Part shown: positions 9,864-19,314 of the stretch, piece by piece | Numbering within the stretch: position 1 is the first letter of the stretch | How the letters are laid out: every line of letters starts with the position of its first letter | From: Promethearchaeota archaeon Loki_b31 | GTDB taxonomy: Archaea; Asgardarchaeota; Lokiarchaeia; Sigyniarchaeales; SOKP01 | Direction: 5' to 3' | Assembly: GCA_005222975.1 (NCBI GenBank) | Contig: NJBI01000010.1 | Span: 19,921 to 83,920 of the forward strand | Length of the DNA: 64,000 nucleotides | Program-made: the position numbers and the translations under genes | The notes under the pieces: model-generated | Databases searched by the model: none | The model's input: the letters and a program-made list of their open reading frames with translations, nothing else | What the model was told of the DNA's origin: nothing

Positions 9864-10718
9864 TTACGTTTGGTATGGAGCTTTTGCGGGAGTTAGCTTA
9901 ATTTCTTTCGTTTCGGAACTAATAAAATGTTTGAATAAGTGTTCATAACCAATAATTTGGCTTATTTTACCGTTTTCTAACCATATTCCAGATGTATATT
10001 CCGGAGCTTCTTTAACTTGATCAAGTGTAGTTATTAGAAAACCATAATCCGCAATCAATAAACCGAAAGGGATTACATTATCGCCTTCAATTGAATGTAT
10101 TTTAACAGAAATTTTTAATAATTTCTTAATTTCTTCTTTTAAATCCTCAAAATACTTCAAGGCAATTACAATTTCCATATCGGATGAAAATTTTTTGTTC
10201 CATAATTCCTTTAAAATCCATTCATATCCTCCTAATTCTCCCATCAGTAAATCAGGCGTTATAATAAAATAAATCCGGTTTTCTGACGAGCTAATTAAAT
10301 CCTTAATTTTTGCTCTAATTTTTTCTCGAGAATTTATTGCCCATACTCTGGGTTCTGATTCTTCTGTGTCGATTTCCAATTCAGTTATGGCTTTTTCTAG
10401 GATTAATGTATCTTCGATTTTCTTTTTGTATCCTTCTCTAATAGTTTTAAATATTTTTTCAATAGGAATAACTTGGTAATTTGCGCCCCTCTTTACCGGT
10501 TCTTTTTGGATAAAACCTTTTTCAATTAACCGGTTAAGACTATCGTATACTCTAGCACGATCGACTCCAGAAAATTTTGCTATATCTGCGGGACTTAAAA
10601 TTTTATATTTGGCAAGAGTTAGTAAAACTTTGGAATCGTTTTTAGTAAATCCTAACGATTGTAGAGAGAGTTCGATTTCATATTCTTCAAGCTTTATAAT
10701 ATCACGACTAAACGGCAA
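9864..10718 (-). CDS. TrmB-family transcriptional regulator
   Basis: LQSLGFT...IAKFSGVDRARVYDSLNRLIEKGFI wHTH plus a C-terminal effector domain. Confidence 0.88.
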   Translation of the reverse strand: MPFSRDIIKLEEYEIELSLQSLGFTKNDSKVLLTLAKYKILSPADIAKFSGVDRARVYDSLNRLIEKGFIQKEPVKRGANYQVIPIEKIFKTIREGYKKKIEDTLILEKAITELEIDTEESEPRVWAINSREKIRAKIKDLISSSENRIYFIITPDLLMGELGGYEWILKELWNKKFSSDMEIVIALKYFEDLKEEIKKLLKISVKIHSIEGDNVIPFGLLIADYGFLITTLDQVKEAPEYTSGIWLENGKISQIIGYEHLFKHFISSETKEIKLTPAKAPYQT

Positions 10719-10904
10719 GATTGGAATCTAATTCTTTTTTTATTTCGTATTAAATATCTAATTTTGGAACTATTATTTAATTTTTATTTTTTCAAAAAAA
10801 AGTTGACACTTTTATTAAAACATCTAATTATGCTAAATATTTGATGACATGCATAAAAAGGTACTTTAAGCTAAAAATCCTATTGTTTAAAACATAAATG
10901 TTAA

Positions 10905-10988
10905 TTTAATAAAAAATGAAGATTTCGAATATTTACATGATATTAAATCTTTAATAAAAAAAGAAGATTTCGAACTTTTGCATGAAAT
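10905..10988 (+). repeat. Two imperfect 39-bp direct repeats (45-bp period)
   Basis: tttaataaaaaatgaagatttcgaatatttacatgatat (10905-10943) versus tttaataaaaaaagaagatttcgaacttttgcatgaaat (10950-10988); 34/39 identical. Confidence 0.8.
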
Positions 10989-11257
10989 CCTTTTTAAAAT
11001 CACATTCCAGTGAAATTAAACAATCAAAAAAAATTTATTCCCAATTTAATAAATTTTAAAAATTTATTTTAATAATGGTATTTTGTCGGACAAATAATCT
11101 TTAGTAAATTTTAGATACATAATAAATAATTAACAAAATTTCCATAAAGTAATATTCCGAACCATAATATTTATATAATAGAAAATCGTAGTTATTATTA
11201 ATTATAAATTTAATTTAAAACAGTTCAATTCAAAAAAAATTAGTGGAGGAATAAATC

Positions 11258-11488
11258 ATGGCAAAAAAAGCCCCAGCAAAAAAAAGCGATAGTTATATTG
11301 CAAAAGCTCCAATTCGGCGATTAATGAAAAAAGAAGGCGCTGATTTAGTTGCTGCCGATGCTCTAGATAAACTTATCGGTTTTCTCGAAAAAACAGCCGC
11401 AGACGCAACTAAAGAAGCTATTAAGATTACGAAAGCTGATAAACGAAAGAGAGTTACTGCTGCTGATATTCGAAAAGCTACAAGATAA
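11258..11488 (+). CDS. Archaeal histone with short Lys-rich N-terminal tail
   Basis: IAKAPIRRLMK...A...KRKRVTAADI histone fold; SD GGAGGA; U-rich tract downstream. Confidence 0.93.
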   Translation: MAKKAPAKKSDSYIAKAPIRRLMKKEGADLVAADALDKLIGFLEKTAADATKEAIKITKADKRKRVTAADIRKATR

Positions 11489-11547
11489 GTGATTCAGTTT
11501 TTAATAATTTAGTTTTTATCTTTTTTTTACTTTTTTTCTTATTATAA

Positions 11548-12483
11548 TTAAAACGAGTTGGTTATCAATAATTCCTTTATTTCTCCTCTTTTACTTCCAT
11601 CACTATTTATAGCTCTTTTAGCGTAAAGGATGTTTATTTGATATTCTTTATATAAATCTAAAATAAAATCAGAATAAGAATTACTCAACATTACCTTACA
11701 ACCCCGTTCATCTAAATTTTTATATACATTGAAAAGCCTGATTTGGTCTTCTTTGCCAAAATTACTCTTAGTATAACTGGTAAAATTAGCAGAACGCGAT
11801 ATTGGAACATAAGGTGGATCAAAATAAATGAAATCATCTTTCTCCGCAAAATCTAAACATTTTTCAAATGAGTCATTTATTAATAAAACATTTTTTAGAG
11901 CTTTGTGAATAGCAACTAAATTTTCTTCATCGCAGAATTTAGGGTTCCTATACTTTCCAAAAGGCACGTTAAACTGTCCTTTGCTATTTACTCTATATAA
12001 TCCATTAAAGCAACAGCGATTCAAATATATAGTTCTTGAAGCCTTGTTAACATCTGACAATTTATTATATTCTTCGGGATTTCTATCCTTACTCCGTACT
12101 TCGTAATAATAATCTTTTTCATTTTTGTGGTTTTTAAGGGATTTTATGAGTTCAGAAACATTATTTTTTATTAATTTATAGGTATTAATTAATTCTTTAT
12201 TTACATCAATTAATATAGCCGTTTCGGGTAATAAATAAAAAAAGATAGCTCCGCCGCCCACAAAAGGTTCAATATATTTATTGAATTCTTTAGGAAAATA
12301 ATCGTTCATTTGTAGAATTAATTGTCTTTTACCGCCTACCCATTTTATAAAAGGTTTAGGTACATCTACGATAGATTTCTTCCTTCTATTTTGCTCTTTT
12401 TTAATATCAAGATATTGAATTTTTTCATCATTTTTTCGTAAAAAATTTTGCAATGATTTTTGGGTCAAGCTTTTTTCATTCAA
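11548..12483 (-). CDS. dam: Dam-like DNA adenine methyltransferase (D12 class), apparently orphan
   Basis: KWVGGKRQ, EPFVGGGA, FNGLYRVNSKGQFNVPFG and DPPY motifs; no adjacent restriction endonuclease. Confidence 0.9.
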   Translation of the reverse strand: MNEKSLTQKSLQNFLRKNDEKIQYLDIKKEQNRRKKSIVDVPKPFIKWVGGKRQLILQMNDYFPKEFNKYIEPFVGGGAIFFYLLPETAILIDVNKELINTYKLIKNNVSELIKSLKNHKNEKDYYYEVRSKDRNPEEYNKLSDVNKASRTIYLNRCCFNGLYRVNSKGQFNVPFGKYRNPKFCDEENLVAIHKALKNVLLINDSFEKCLDFAEKDDFIYFDPPYVPISRSANFTSYTKSNFGKEDQIRLFNVYKNLDERGCKVMLSNSYSDFILDLYKEYQINILYAKRAINSDGSKRGEIKELLITNSF

Positions 12484-12626
12484 CGTTAAAATTTCATTTT
12501 TTCTAATATTGTTAAATCAATTAAATCTAATATTTCTATTGATATCAACTATTTAATTAATTTTATTACGACATAAATATCTTAAAATCAAGGATATAAA
12601 AGGAAGAAACCTTTTGGTTTTTGAAA

Positions 12627-13148
12627 TTATTCAAACTTCTCAAAAAATTCCTTATTAAGAAATTTATCAATATTATCCTTTAATTTTTTCCTGACGGAAT
12701 CCAATCCTTCAGGAACAATTCGAGTTTTGCTAACAATATCAATGTATCCTAATTCTGAGCCATATCTTGGAACTAAATGGAAATGGAAATGTTCTATGCT
12801 TGCTCCAGCGTCTTTTCCTTGATTAATTCCAATATTATACCCCATTGGATTGTATAATTCATCAAGTAATAATTGTAAGCCTTGAATCGTTCTTGATATA
12901 TGGACGATTTCTTCTTTCTTTAAATCGGTAAATTTTGTGATATGACGATTTGGAACGCACATGAGATGTCCGGGATTGAAGGGGTATAAGTTTAAAATAA
13001 CAAAGCAGATTTCATCTTCGAAAATTTTTAATGAAACTACTCTTTCGTCATTCATTCTGATAGAGCATAAAATACAATCAACATCAGGTTTTGCTTTTCC
13101 TTGAACATAATCTAATTTTCCTAATGCTTGTAACCATTTCTCGAAAAT
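12627..13148 (-). CDS. HIT-family nucleotide hydrolase, probable ATT start
   Basis: HFHFH histidine triad and NLYPFNPGHLM. The conserved CILC motif lies upstream of the first ATG, so the start is placed at ATT 13146-13148 after AGGTGA. Confidence 0.9.
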   Translation of the reverse strand: MFEKWLQALGKLDYVQGKAKPDVDCILCSIRMNDERVVSLKIFEDEICFVILNLYPFNPGHLMCVPNRHITKFTDLKKEEIVHISRTIQGLQLLLDELYNPMGYNIGINQGKDAGASIEHFHFHLVPRYGSELGYIDIVSKTRIVPEGLDSVRKKLKDNIDKFLNKEFFEKFE

Positions 13149-13177
13149 TACATTTCACCTACTCATCAATTTAATTG

Positions 13178-13708
13178 TTATGAATATAAAGAGAAATCTG
13201 AAGTAAAATCTTTAGATTTAGAATAATCTCCGGGTTTGATTTTACCCATACAATATTCATTTAAAATCATGTTTGAATAAGCTGCACATGTAAATACCTT
13301 ACGTATGCTTTTAAAAAAAGAATTTTTTGAAATAGTACCATCTTTTTTAAGGAAGATTTGATCGCTTACTTCGTATCGAAATTTCTGAGTATCGATTCTA
13401 AAAAAAACATCACGAATTAGAAAAAATTTCCTCAAATCCATAAAAAATTGTAATTTTCTGTTATCTTCTAGAGCGTTTAAGGCATCCACTTGTTGAGGGG
13501 CTATTTGAATTGGGTTAGAAATTATAATTAAATCTTTATTTTTAGGTTTTAAAGCAACCATTTTTTGTGCTATAGGGCTAGGCGGGAATATAAATTGAAA
13601 GCCAAATTCAAGTTTTTTATCATCAATTGGAATTTTTTTTCTTAAAAGACCTTCATCTAATAGATATTCTTGGATTAGATGTTTTATATTGCTCTCGGTA
13701 TCAGTCAT
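13178..13708 (-). CDS. Conserved archaeal hypothetical protein (DUF2299-like)
   Basis: IQEYLLDEGL N-terminus and QIFLKKDGTISKNSFFKSIRKV resemble this family. Confidence 0.6.
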   Translation of the reverse strand: MTDTESNIKHLIQEYLLDEGLLRKKIPIDDKKLEFGFQFIFPPSPIAQKMVALKPKNKDLIIISNPIQIAPQQVDALNALEDNRKLQFFMDLRKFFLIRDVFFRIDTQKFRYEVSDQIFLKKDGTISKNSFFKSIRKVFTCAAYSNMILNEYCMGKIKPGDYSKSKDFTSDFSLYS

Positions 13709-13856
13709 TATTATTCGTAATCTTTGATTCGATATAAAACGTACAATTTTTAAGGGATGGATTAATTTCCTAATAATTACTTAAATCTTGAAATTATTAA
13801 TAGTAAGTATAAATATATCGTCTAACAATCAGGATTTAGACAATAATTTAATGGCT

Positions 13857-14348
13857 CTAATCCCAAAGTAATTTAGATCCGCATTTAGGACAAGGATTTG
13901 AATTAACGGGTATTAATTGATGGCAAATAGGACAATTCTCTGCAAGTTTAGGTTGCTTTGAGGCGCTTTGCGAAGCAATAGGTCTTGAATTATGATTGGG
14001 TGTGATTGAAATGGGAATATTCGGAGTAGTAGAACCGTATTTGGTTTTAAGATATTCGATGAACTCCTGCTCTGATTGATTCATTTTCTTAGTTAAAGAG
14101 TTCCCACTCGTTATTATCATACACGCAACTACGCCTAATGGGAGGAATGTCATTTCATTAAAGGGTAATTCATTTAATAATATCCCAACTACAATAAATA
14201 ATAATATGGCAACACCAATTAACACGCCAATGAGGCTTGAACGGATCGATTTATTTGCCTTTTTTTTATATTCGGTGTAATCATCATCCGTTAAAGTAAT
14301 TCCATGTTCATTTTTTATCTTTGATACAAAGAGAGTCTTTTGTTTCAT
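13857..14348 (-). CDS. Two-TM membrane protein with C-terminal zinc ribbon
   Basis: Two hydrophobic segments; CPIC...CPKC at the C-terminus. Confidence 0.75.
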   Translation of the reverse strand: MKQKTLFVSKIKNEHGITLTDDDYTEYKKKANKSIRSSLIGVLIGVAILLFIVVGILLNELPFNEMTFLPLGVVACMIITSGNSLTKKMNQSEQEFIEYLKTKYGSTTPNIPISITPNHNSRPIASQSASKQPKLAENCPICHQLIPVNSNPCPKCGSKLLWD

Positions 14349-14575
14349 AATTTAGTAGTAAAATTGCAGTAATTTAAACTTATGTTTATAGAAAAGGGCA
14401 TAAGAATATCATAAAATGGAGAAGAATTATTGGTGTGGTTGTGATTTAGAAAATGTGTTTAATAAATTATTTATCCCGTCACTTAAAGAAATGTTGAGTG
14501 TGGATATAAGCGTTGGAAGGCAAGTAAAATATTGATCATAATAAAATAGTAGGAGAAAAATTAACCTAAATTAGG

Positions 14576-14938
14576 TTAATATTTACCTTTTGGTCTAGTT
14601 TGAGGTTGAACTCCTGCGTTCTTTAATTTTTCAATATTTTTTACTAAATCTTCTGAAGAAGTGCTGTAAATAACTTGTAGAGTGTCTAAATCTATATATA
14701 AGGAGCCAACAATCCCCAATCCCATCAATTGATTATCTTTATCTATAAAAGTATTATCAAGATTCATTTTAATCGCTTTTTTATTGCCCTCAAGCTCAAC
14801 AAGTTGCGGTTGACACGCAGTGTACCCCGCTCCTCTATTTTTAATCACATAACTCATTATTGCGTAGTCTAATTCGTCGTTGATCTCTCCTTGCTCTTGG
14901 AGAATTTTTACCACATTTGGAGGGTTTTGCGATGACAT
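14576..14938 (-). CDS. Hypothetical protein
   Basis: 120-aa ORF with ATG start and coding-like composition. Confidence 0.7.
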   Translation of the reverse strand: MSSQNPPNVVKILQEQGEINDELDYAIMSYVIKNRGAGYTACQPQLVELEGNKKAIKMNLDNTFIDKDNQLMGLGIVGSLYIDLDTLQVIYSTSSEDLVKNIEKLKNAGVQPQTRPKGKY

Positions 14939-15015
14939 ATTTATATAACTATATCATTTAAATAGAACTTTAAAGGGACAGAATTCACATTATGGATTTT
15001 GTTATAATAAAATTT

Positions 15016-15267
15016 TTATTTTTCAATAATAACTTCATCAACCGAGTGCAGGGCACAGTTCATGCTTTCTAAAATATCCTTTATTGAATCCAATGTAAGG
15101 GCTTCAGTACCTTTAATGGTTAAAAAAATTGAGGTTGTTTTTTGGTCTATCTCGTCTGTCTTAATCTGCACGTATGTAACACCCTCAGTTTCTATTAAGG
15201 TACGGCCGATCAGTTCGTTATCAGGAGTGTGTGGTTTCAAAACATCTAATTTGAAAGTAATATTCAT
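15016..15267 (-). CDS. DUF211-family protein
   Basis: LDVLKPH...EID...HSVDEV signature. Confidence 0.8.
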   Translation of the reverse strand: MNITFKLDVLKPHTPDNELIGRTLIETEGVTYVQIKTDEIDQKTTSIFLTIKGTEALTLDSIKDILESMNCALHSVDEVIIEK

Positions 15268-15344
15268 AATTTAATAAATTAAATATTTAATTAAAATTAT
15301 TTCAATAATTGATTAAATTGTATTTATAATTTATTTTTATTAGT

Positions 15345-16040
15345 TCATAAAAATTTTTCAAGTGTTTCAATTAATTTAGATGGAATTTCTTCTGGTTCGA
15401 TAATTTTATTAGCTTTCTTGAAAAATTCTCTTTTCAAGTAATTTGGAATTTTAGTGTTTAAAGCGATAGAACGCGATCCTATGTTAATCGCTGCTTCAAT
15501 ATCTCGCCCGGTATCCCCTATAACAACAATTTGATCAGATTTTACATCTATTTTCTCACATATGTGTTTTAAATGATCTGGGTGCGGTTTAAGATTTTTA
15601 GTATTGTCACGACCTACTATGACTTCAAAGTAGTGAAAGATACCTGCTGTTTCTAGTGAAATTCTTGCGTTGTTATGGGTATTATACGTAAAAACAGCTT
15701 GTTTAAGTCTTTTCTTTTTTGCAAACTCTAAAACCTGGTCTATACCCTGAGTTAAAGTCGCTTTAATGGCAGCTTCGTGTTCGACTTGAATTACGGCGTT
15801 ATTCACTTCGTTAATAATTTCTTTAATTTTTTCGGAAGAAAACCCTAATTCATTAAATATTACTCTGGAGATTTTAACATTTTCTAAAATAGGCATTTCA
15901 ATTGAAATGTTTTCCTTTGGTATCCCATAATCTCTTAATACTTTAATAGCCTTCCTTCGAGCTTTAACCGAGTTAATTTTAAAATGTATTAAGGTACCGT
16001 CCAAATCCCATATAATTGCTTTAATAGGTTTTTCGTTCAT
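15345..16040 (-). CDS. HAD-superfamily hydrolase (phosphoglycolate phosphatase-like)
   Basis: DLDGTL, KPHP and IGDTGRD motifs. Confidence 0.9.
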   Translation of the reverse strand: MNEKPIKAIIWDLDGTLIHFKINSVKARRKAIKVLRDYGIPKENISIEMPILENVKISRVIFNELGFSSEKIKEIINEVNNAVIQVEHEAAIKATLTQGIDQVLEFAKKKRLKQAVFTYNTHNNARISLETAGIFHYFEVIVGRDNTKNLKPHPDHLKHICEKIDVKSDQIVVIGDTGRDIEAAINIGSRSIALNTKIPNYLKREFFKKANKIIEPEEIPSKLIETLEKFL

Positions 16041-16613
16041 TTAAAATACCAAATCGGAATATACCGGCCCTGTAGGCGTTAAAACAGACTTCTTTAGTTT
16101 TACCTGGCTTACATTAAAAGGTCCAAATTCGAAATTTTTATTCTCGTTAATTAGTTTTTTTAGCACATCAAAAGTTTTATAATTTACTTTATCCCTTCTC
16201 AATCTTCCTATCGTAAGATGCGGTTTAAATTCAGTTCTTTTATCTTTTTGAATTTTCAATCGCTCAGATAAGAGTTGTTCTATTGTATTTTTAATTTGCT
16301 GTAAAAATTGAACATCTCCAATAAGTTTTACCCATAAAACAGAGAATTTGTTAAATTGACCTACCCCTCTAAGACTATATTCAATGGTTTTTCCTTGAAA
16401 CATGCTTTTGTTTACATCTTCTTTCAAAATTTCATAAATTTTTGATGCCATGGATTCAGAAATGTTTCCCAAAAATTTTACAGTCATATGAAGGTTTTCT
16501 GGTTCTACTACTTTAAGTTTAGGCTGATTTTGTTTTAATCGAGATGAGAAAGCCTGAATTTTCTCTATCGTGTTTTTATCTTTTAATTCGATCGCTATAA
16601 ATGCTCTAATCAT
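16041..16613 (-). CDS. thpR: RNA 2',3'-cyclic phosphodiesterase (2H, ThpR/LigT)
   Basis: MIRAFIAIEL, HMTVKFLG, FKPHLTIGR and SVLTPTGPVY motifs. Confidence 0.92.
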   Translation of the reverse strand: MIRAFIAIELKDKNTIEKIQAFSSRLKQNQPKLKVVEPENLHMTVKFLGNISESMASKIYEILKEDVNKSMFQGKTIEYSLRGVGQFNKFSVLWVKLIGDVQFLQQIKNTIEQLLSERLKIQKDKRTEFKPHLTIGRLRRDKVNYKTFDVLKKLINENKNFEFGPFNVSQVKLKKSVLTPTGPVYSDLVF

Positions 16614-16657
16614 GATTACATCCAAATTAATGTTAATATTACAAGTTTTTTGACGAT

Positions 16658-17620
16658 CTACCTTTCAATTTTGCCAGGAAGATAGAAATCATACTTTTTC
16701 TTAAAGACTTTAGTTTTAAGAAATCTATCAAAGCGTCTCACACTTTGAAAAATAACCCACATACTACTGTCACTTTTGTAATATTTTTTAACTTCTTCTA
16801 ATGTTAACGGTTCAATATCGAAATCAATTGCTTCTTCTTCGAAGAATTTATTGACAAGGTTAATCAATTCAGGGATAAGTTCGGGTTTTTGTTCCTTAAA
16901 GAAATTTGCGACTAAATCAATTGTAACCTTCCTCCAGTCGTAATATCTTCCTACAGTTTCTTCAAGAAATAAAGCTTTTAATAACCACCTTAGAAATGAA
17001 GGGGCACTTTTCAAAAATAGGACTGCCTCCATCGCTTCGTTACCATTAACCCTAAACATTGGTGTACTCGTATCGAAATACATTAGTTTTGTATCAAGAT
17101 CAACTTTGGGATTGTTAGGATCGAAACCAATAATGGCAAAGTTAGATATTTGACCATCTAACCCTAAATCTATATTATTATGGTTTTTACTATAATCCCA
17201 CACTTTCTTCATTTCTCTCATTACAAGTAGAATTAAAGATTTAATGTCTTGATCGCTCAATTGATGAATTACCTTATGCCCTACTGATTCTGAGGGGAGT
17301 TTTTCTTGAACACAATAAAATTGAATTTTTCCCTCTTCGTCTTTAAACCATGCTACATCGTACTCAGGTAGATTTAGCCCCACATCTTCTTTTAAAAGTC
17401 TATTGTATTCGTTATATGCCCAAATATGTCTTTCGACTTGCGTTTCATTATCAAAAATTGGAATCCTTTTATAGGCTATTTGCTCTGGGTTATTCAAAAG
17501 CTCAAAAACGAGGCTTATTTCACCGTAACCTAAAATTTTTATTGGTACTTCTCCTTTTTCAGGATCAGAAGTATCAATTGACTTTTCTAACTTTTTTAAA
17601 ACTTCTATATCAATTTTCAT
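16658..17620 (-). CDS. Hypothetical protein, kinase-like fold (DUF6206-like)
   Basis: LGYGEIS, DGQISNF and YFDTSTP motifs resemble a kinase-like family. Confidence 0.6.
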   Translation of the reverse strand: MKIDIEVLKKLEKSIDTSDPEKGEVPIKILGYGEISLVFELLNNPEQIAYKRIPIFDNETQVERHIWAYNEYNRLLKEDVGLNLPEYDVAWFKDEEGKIQFYCVQEKLPSESVGHKVIHQLSDQDIKSLILLVMREMKKVWDYSKNHNNIDLGLDGQISNFAIIGFDPNNPKVDLDTKLMYFDTSTPMFRVNGNEAMEAVLFLKSAPSFLRWLLKALFLEETVGRYYDWRKVTIDLVANFFKEQKPELIPELINLVNKFFEEEAIDFDIEPLTLEEVKKYYKSDSSMWVIFQSVRRFDRFLKTKVFKKKYDFYLPGKIER

Positions 17621-17794
17621 ATCTAATCAATTCACTTCTTTAATATTTAAAAAAATTAACTTAAATCTTTATAAAATTAACTCAAAAGTTCAATATTAAT
17701 ATTTTTTAAAAAGAATTGATTCTAAAAAAATAATTACCTTTTTTTTAAATAAATAGATCGAATCTATTGTTAGTTTTGTTTATTTGAATGAATG

Positions 17795-18052
17795 CTAATC
17801 TTGTTTTGAATCATCCTTTAAAATAAAAATAAGACTCAATAATAAGATAAGTGCCACAAAACAAAAAAAAACAATTAGGCTCGCAATAATAAGAGATATC
17901 ATTAATGGATTTGACATATTTATTATCCATGATATTGCTACTAAAAGCCAAAAACTCAATCCAAAAAGTATGAAAAAAATAGTAAAGACATAAACAGAAT
18001 GATATCGTTCTAATTTCTTTTCTAAATCATTAATTTTTTTTTCTAATTCCAA
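17795..18052 (-). CDS. Small two-TM membrane protein
   Basis: Two hydrophobic helices; TTG start after GGGGG. Confidence 0.6.
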   Translation of the reverse strand: MELEKKINDLEKKLERYHSVYVFTIFFILFGLSFWLLVAISWIINMSNPLMISLIIASLIVFFCFVALILLLSLIFILKDDSKQD

Positions 18053-18160
18053 ATCTTAGAGCCCCCTTTAGTGTTTAGTTATGTTAAAATAAGTTGAGTT
18101 TAAATAAAAGTTTTTCCAAAAAAATCTTGGTCAAGATAAAGAGAAATATCTCAGAATCAA

Positions 18161-19204
18161 TTAATATTTTCCAAATTTCTCTACTAAGGTTTTTGCAATT
18201 CCTAAATTTCTGCTTGCCATAGTTAATGGTTCCCAGGGCCACTCGCATCCTGCGGCATACATAAACATCCCACCTGGTTTTCCTAATTCGATTGTTTTTT
18301 CCACTTCGCTAATAACATCGCTAATTGAATAAGTTGTGCTTCCCAATATCTGTGTATTAGTATTTCCTCTAATACAATTATTTGTCCCGATCTTCTCTTT
18401 AGCTAATTTTAAGTCTACTTGATAATCTAAATCTAAAATTGCCGCGTTTGTATTTGATATTAACTTAAGCATGTCTCTCCCTTCCTTATCTATCACCGAA
18501 TTATCGCCACAAACATGATACAACACCGGAACATTACTCTGAATATTATCGAATAGTTCTTTTGTTGCCTTTAAACAGCATTTTTCATACCGCATTGGAC
18601 CAATTTGAGATATCGCGGAATCACCAGCGCCAATAATATTCGCTCCAACTTCGATCTGCATTTTAGCAAACTCTTTTTGTATTGGTAGTATTCGATTTAT
18701 GAGATCTCTTATTTTTTTTTCCCAATCTTGATGCTTACATAACATCAGAACATTTACCAAATCAAATAGGCAGCAAATTTCGGCAAAGGGAGCCTCTATC
18801 CATCCGATAATGCATTGTTCACCTCCAACTTTTTCGCTCAATAGTTTGACAGCGTTAACCCTATTTATTATTCTCTTATTTGAATTTAAATCAGGTATTT
18901 CGAGTGAGTCAAATTCATCAATTTTTAAGTAAGTTTTTGCTACAGGAGTATGACTCTTCCAATTTATTTCCACGCCCCACGCGTTAGCTTCGCGATATGC
19001 GTCTGTAGATACATTCACATGATCAATTCCAAAAAAATCAGAGCATTTTGTTTGAGCTTTAGCCAAAATTTCGGGGTTTTGGCAGTATTCGCGATTATAA
19101 TCGACATTGTTCAAGCTGGCTGCAAGGTGCATAATAAATGGGTTAAAGGGTATCTTCTCGGGCGTTCCATTAATCGCAGAGAGGGTTAATTCCAATCGGT
19201 TCAT
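18161..19204 (-). CDS. Uroporphyrinogen decarboxylase/MtaA-CmuA family methyltransferase
   Basis: EANAWG, GWIEAPF, the zinc motif HVCG and C-terminal AAGCE. Confidence 0.82.
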   Translation of the reverse strand: MNRLELTLSAINGTPEKIPFNPFIMHLAASLNNVDYNREYCQNPEILAKAQTKCSDFFGIDHVNVSTDAYREANAWGVEINWKSHTPVAKTYLKIDEFDSLEIPDLNSNKRIINRVNAVKLLSEKVGGEQCIIGWIEAPFAEICCLFDLVNVLMLCKHQDWEKKIRDLINRILPIQKEFAKMQIEVGANIIGAGDSAISQIGPMRYEKCCLKATKELFDNIQSNVPVLYHVCGDNSVIDKEGRDMLKLISNTNAAILDLDYQVDLKLAKEKIGTNNCIRGNTNTQILGSTTYSISDVISEVEKTIELGKPGGMFMYAAGCEWPWEPLTMASRNLGIAKTLVEKFGKY

Positions 19205-19314
19205 TTTCTATAGAAGTTCTATAAAACTTTGAAAAATTATTTATTTTCTTTCCAGAATTTTTTATTAATATTAAATTTGGTTAAGTTTTTATTTATAATA
19301 ATTCTTTTTTTCTC

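Noticed and set aside
11548-12483. Restriction-modification system
   Set aside because: No endonuclease is adjacent; the neighbours are histone and HIT genes.
14416-14535. 39-codon ORF MEKNYWCGCDLENVF... on the + strand
   Set aside because: Too short, with no recognisable family or clear SD; it cannot be supported.
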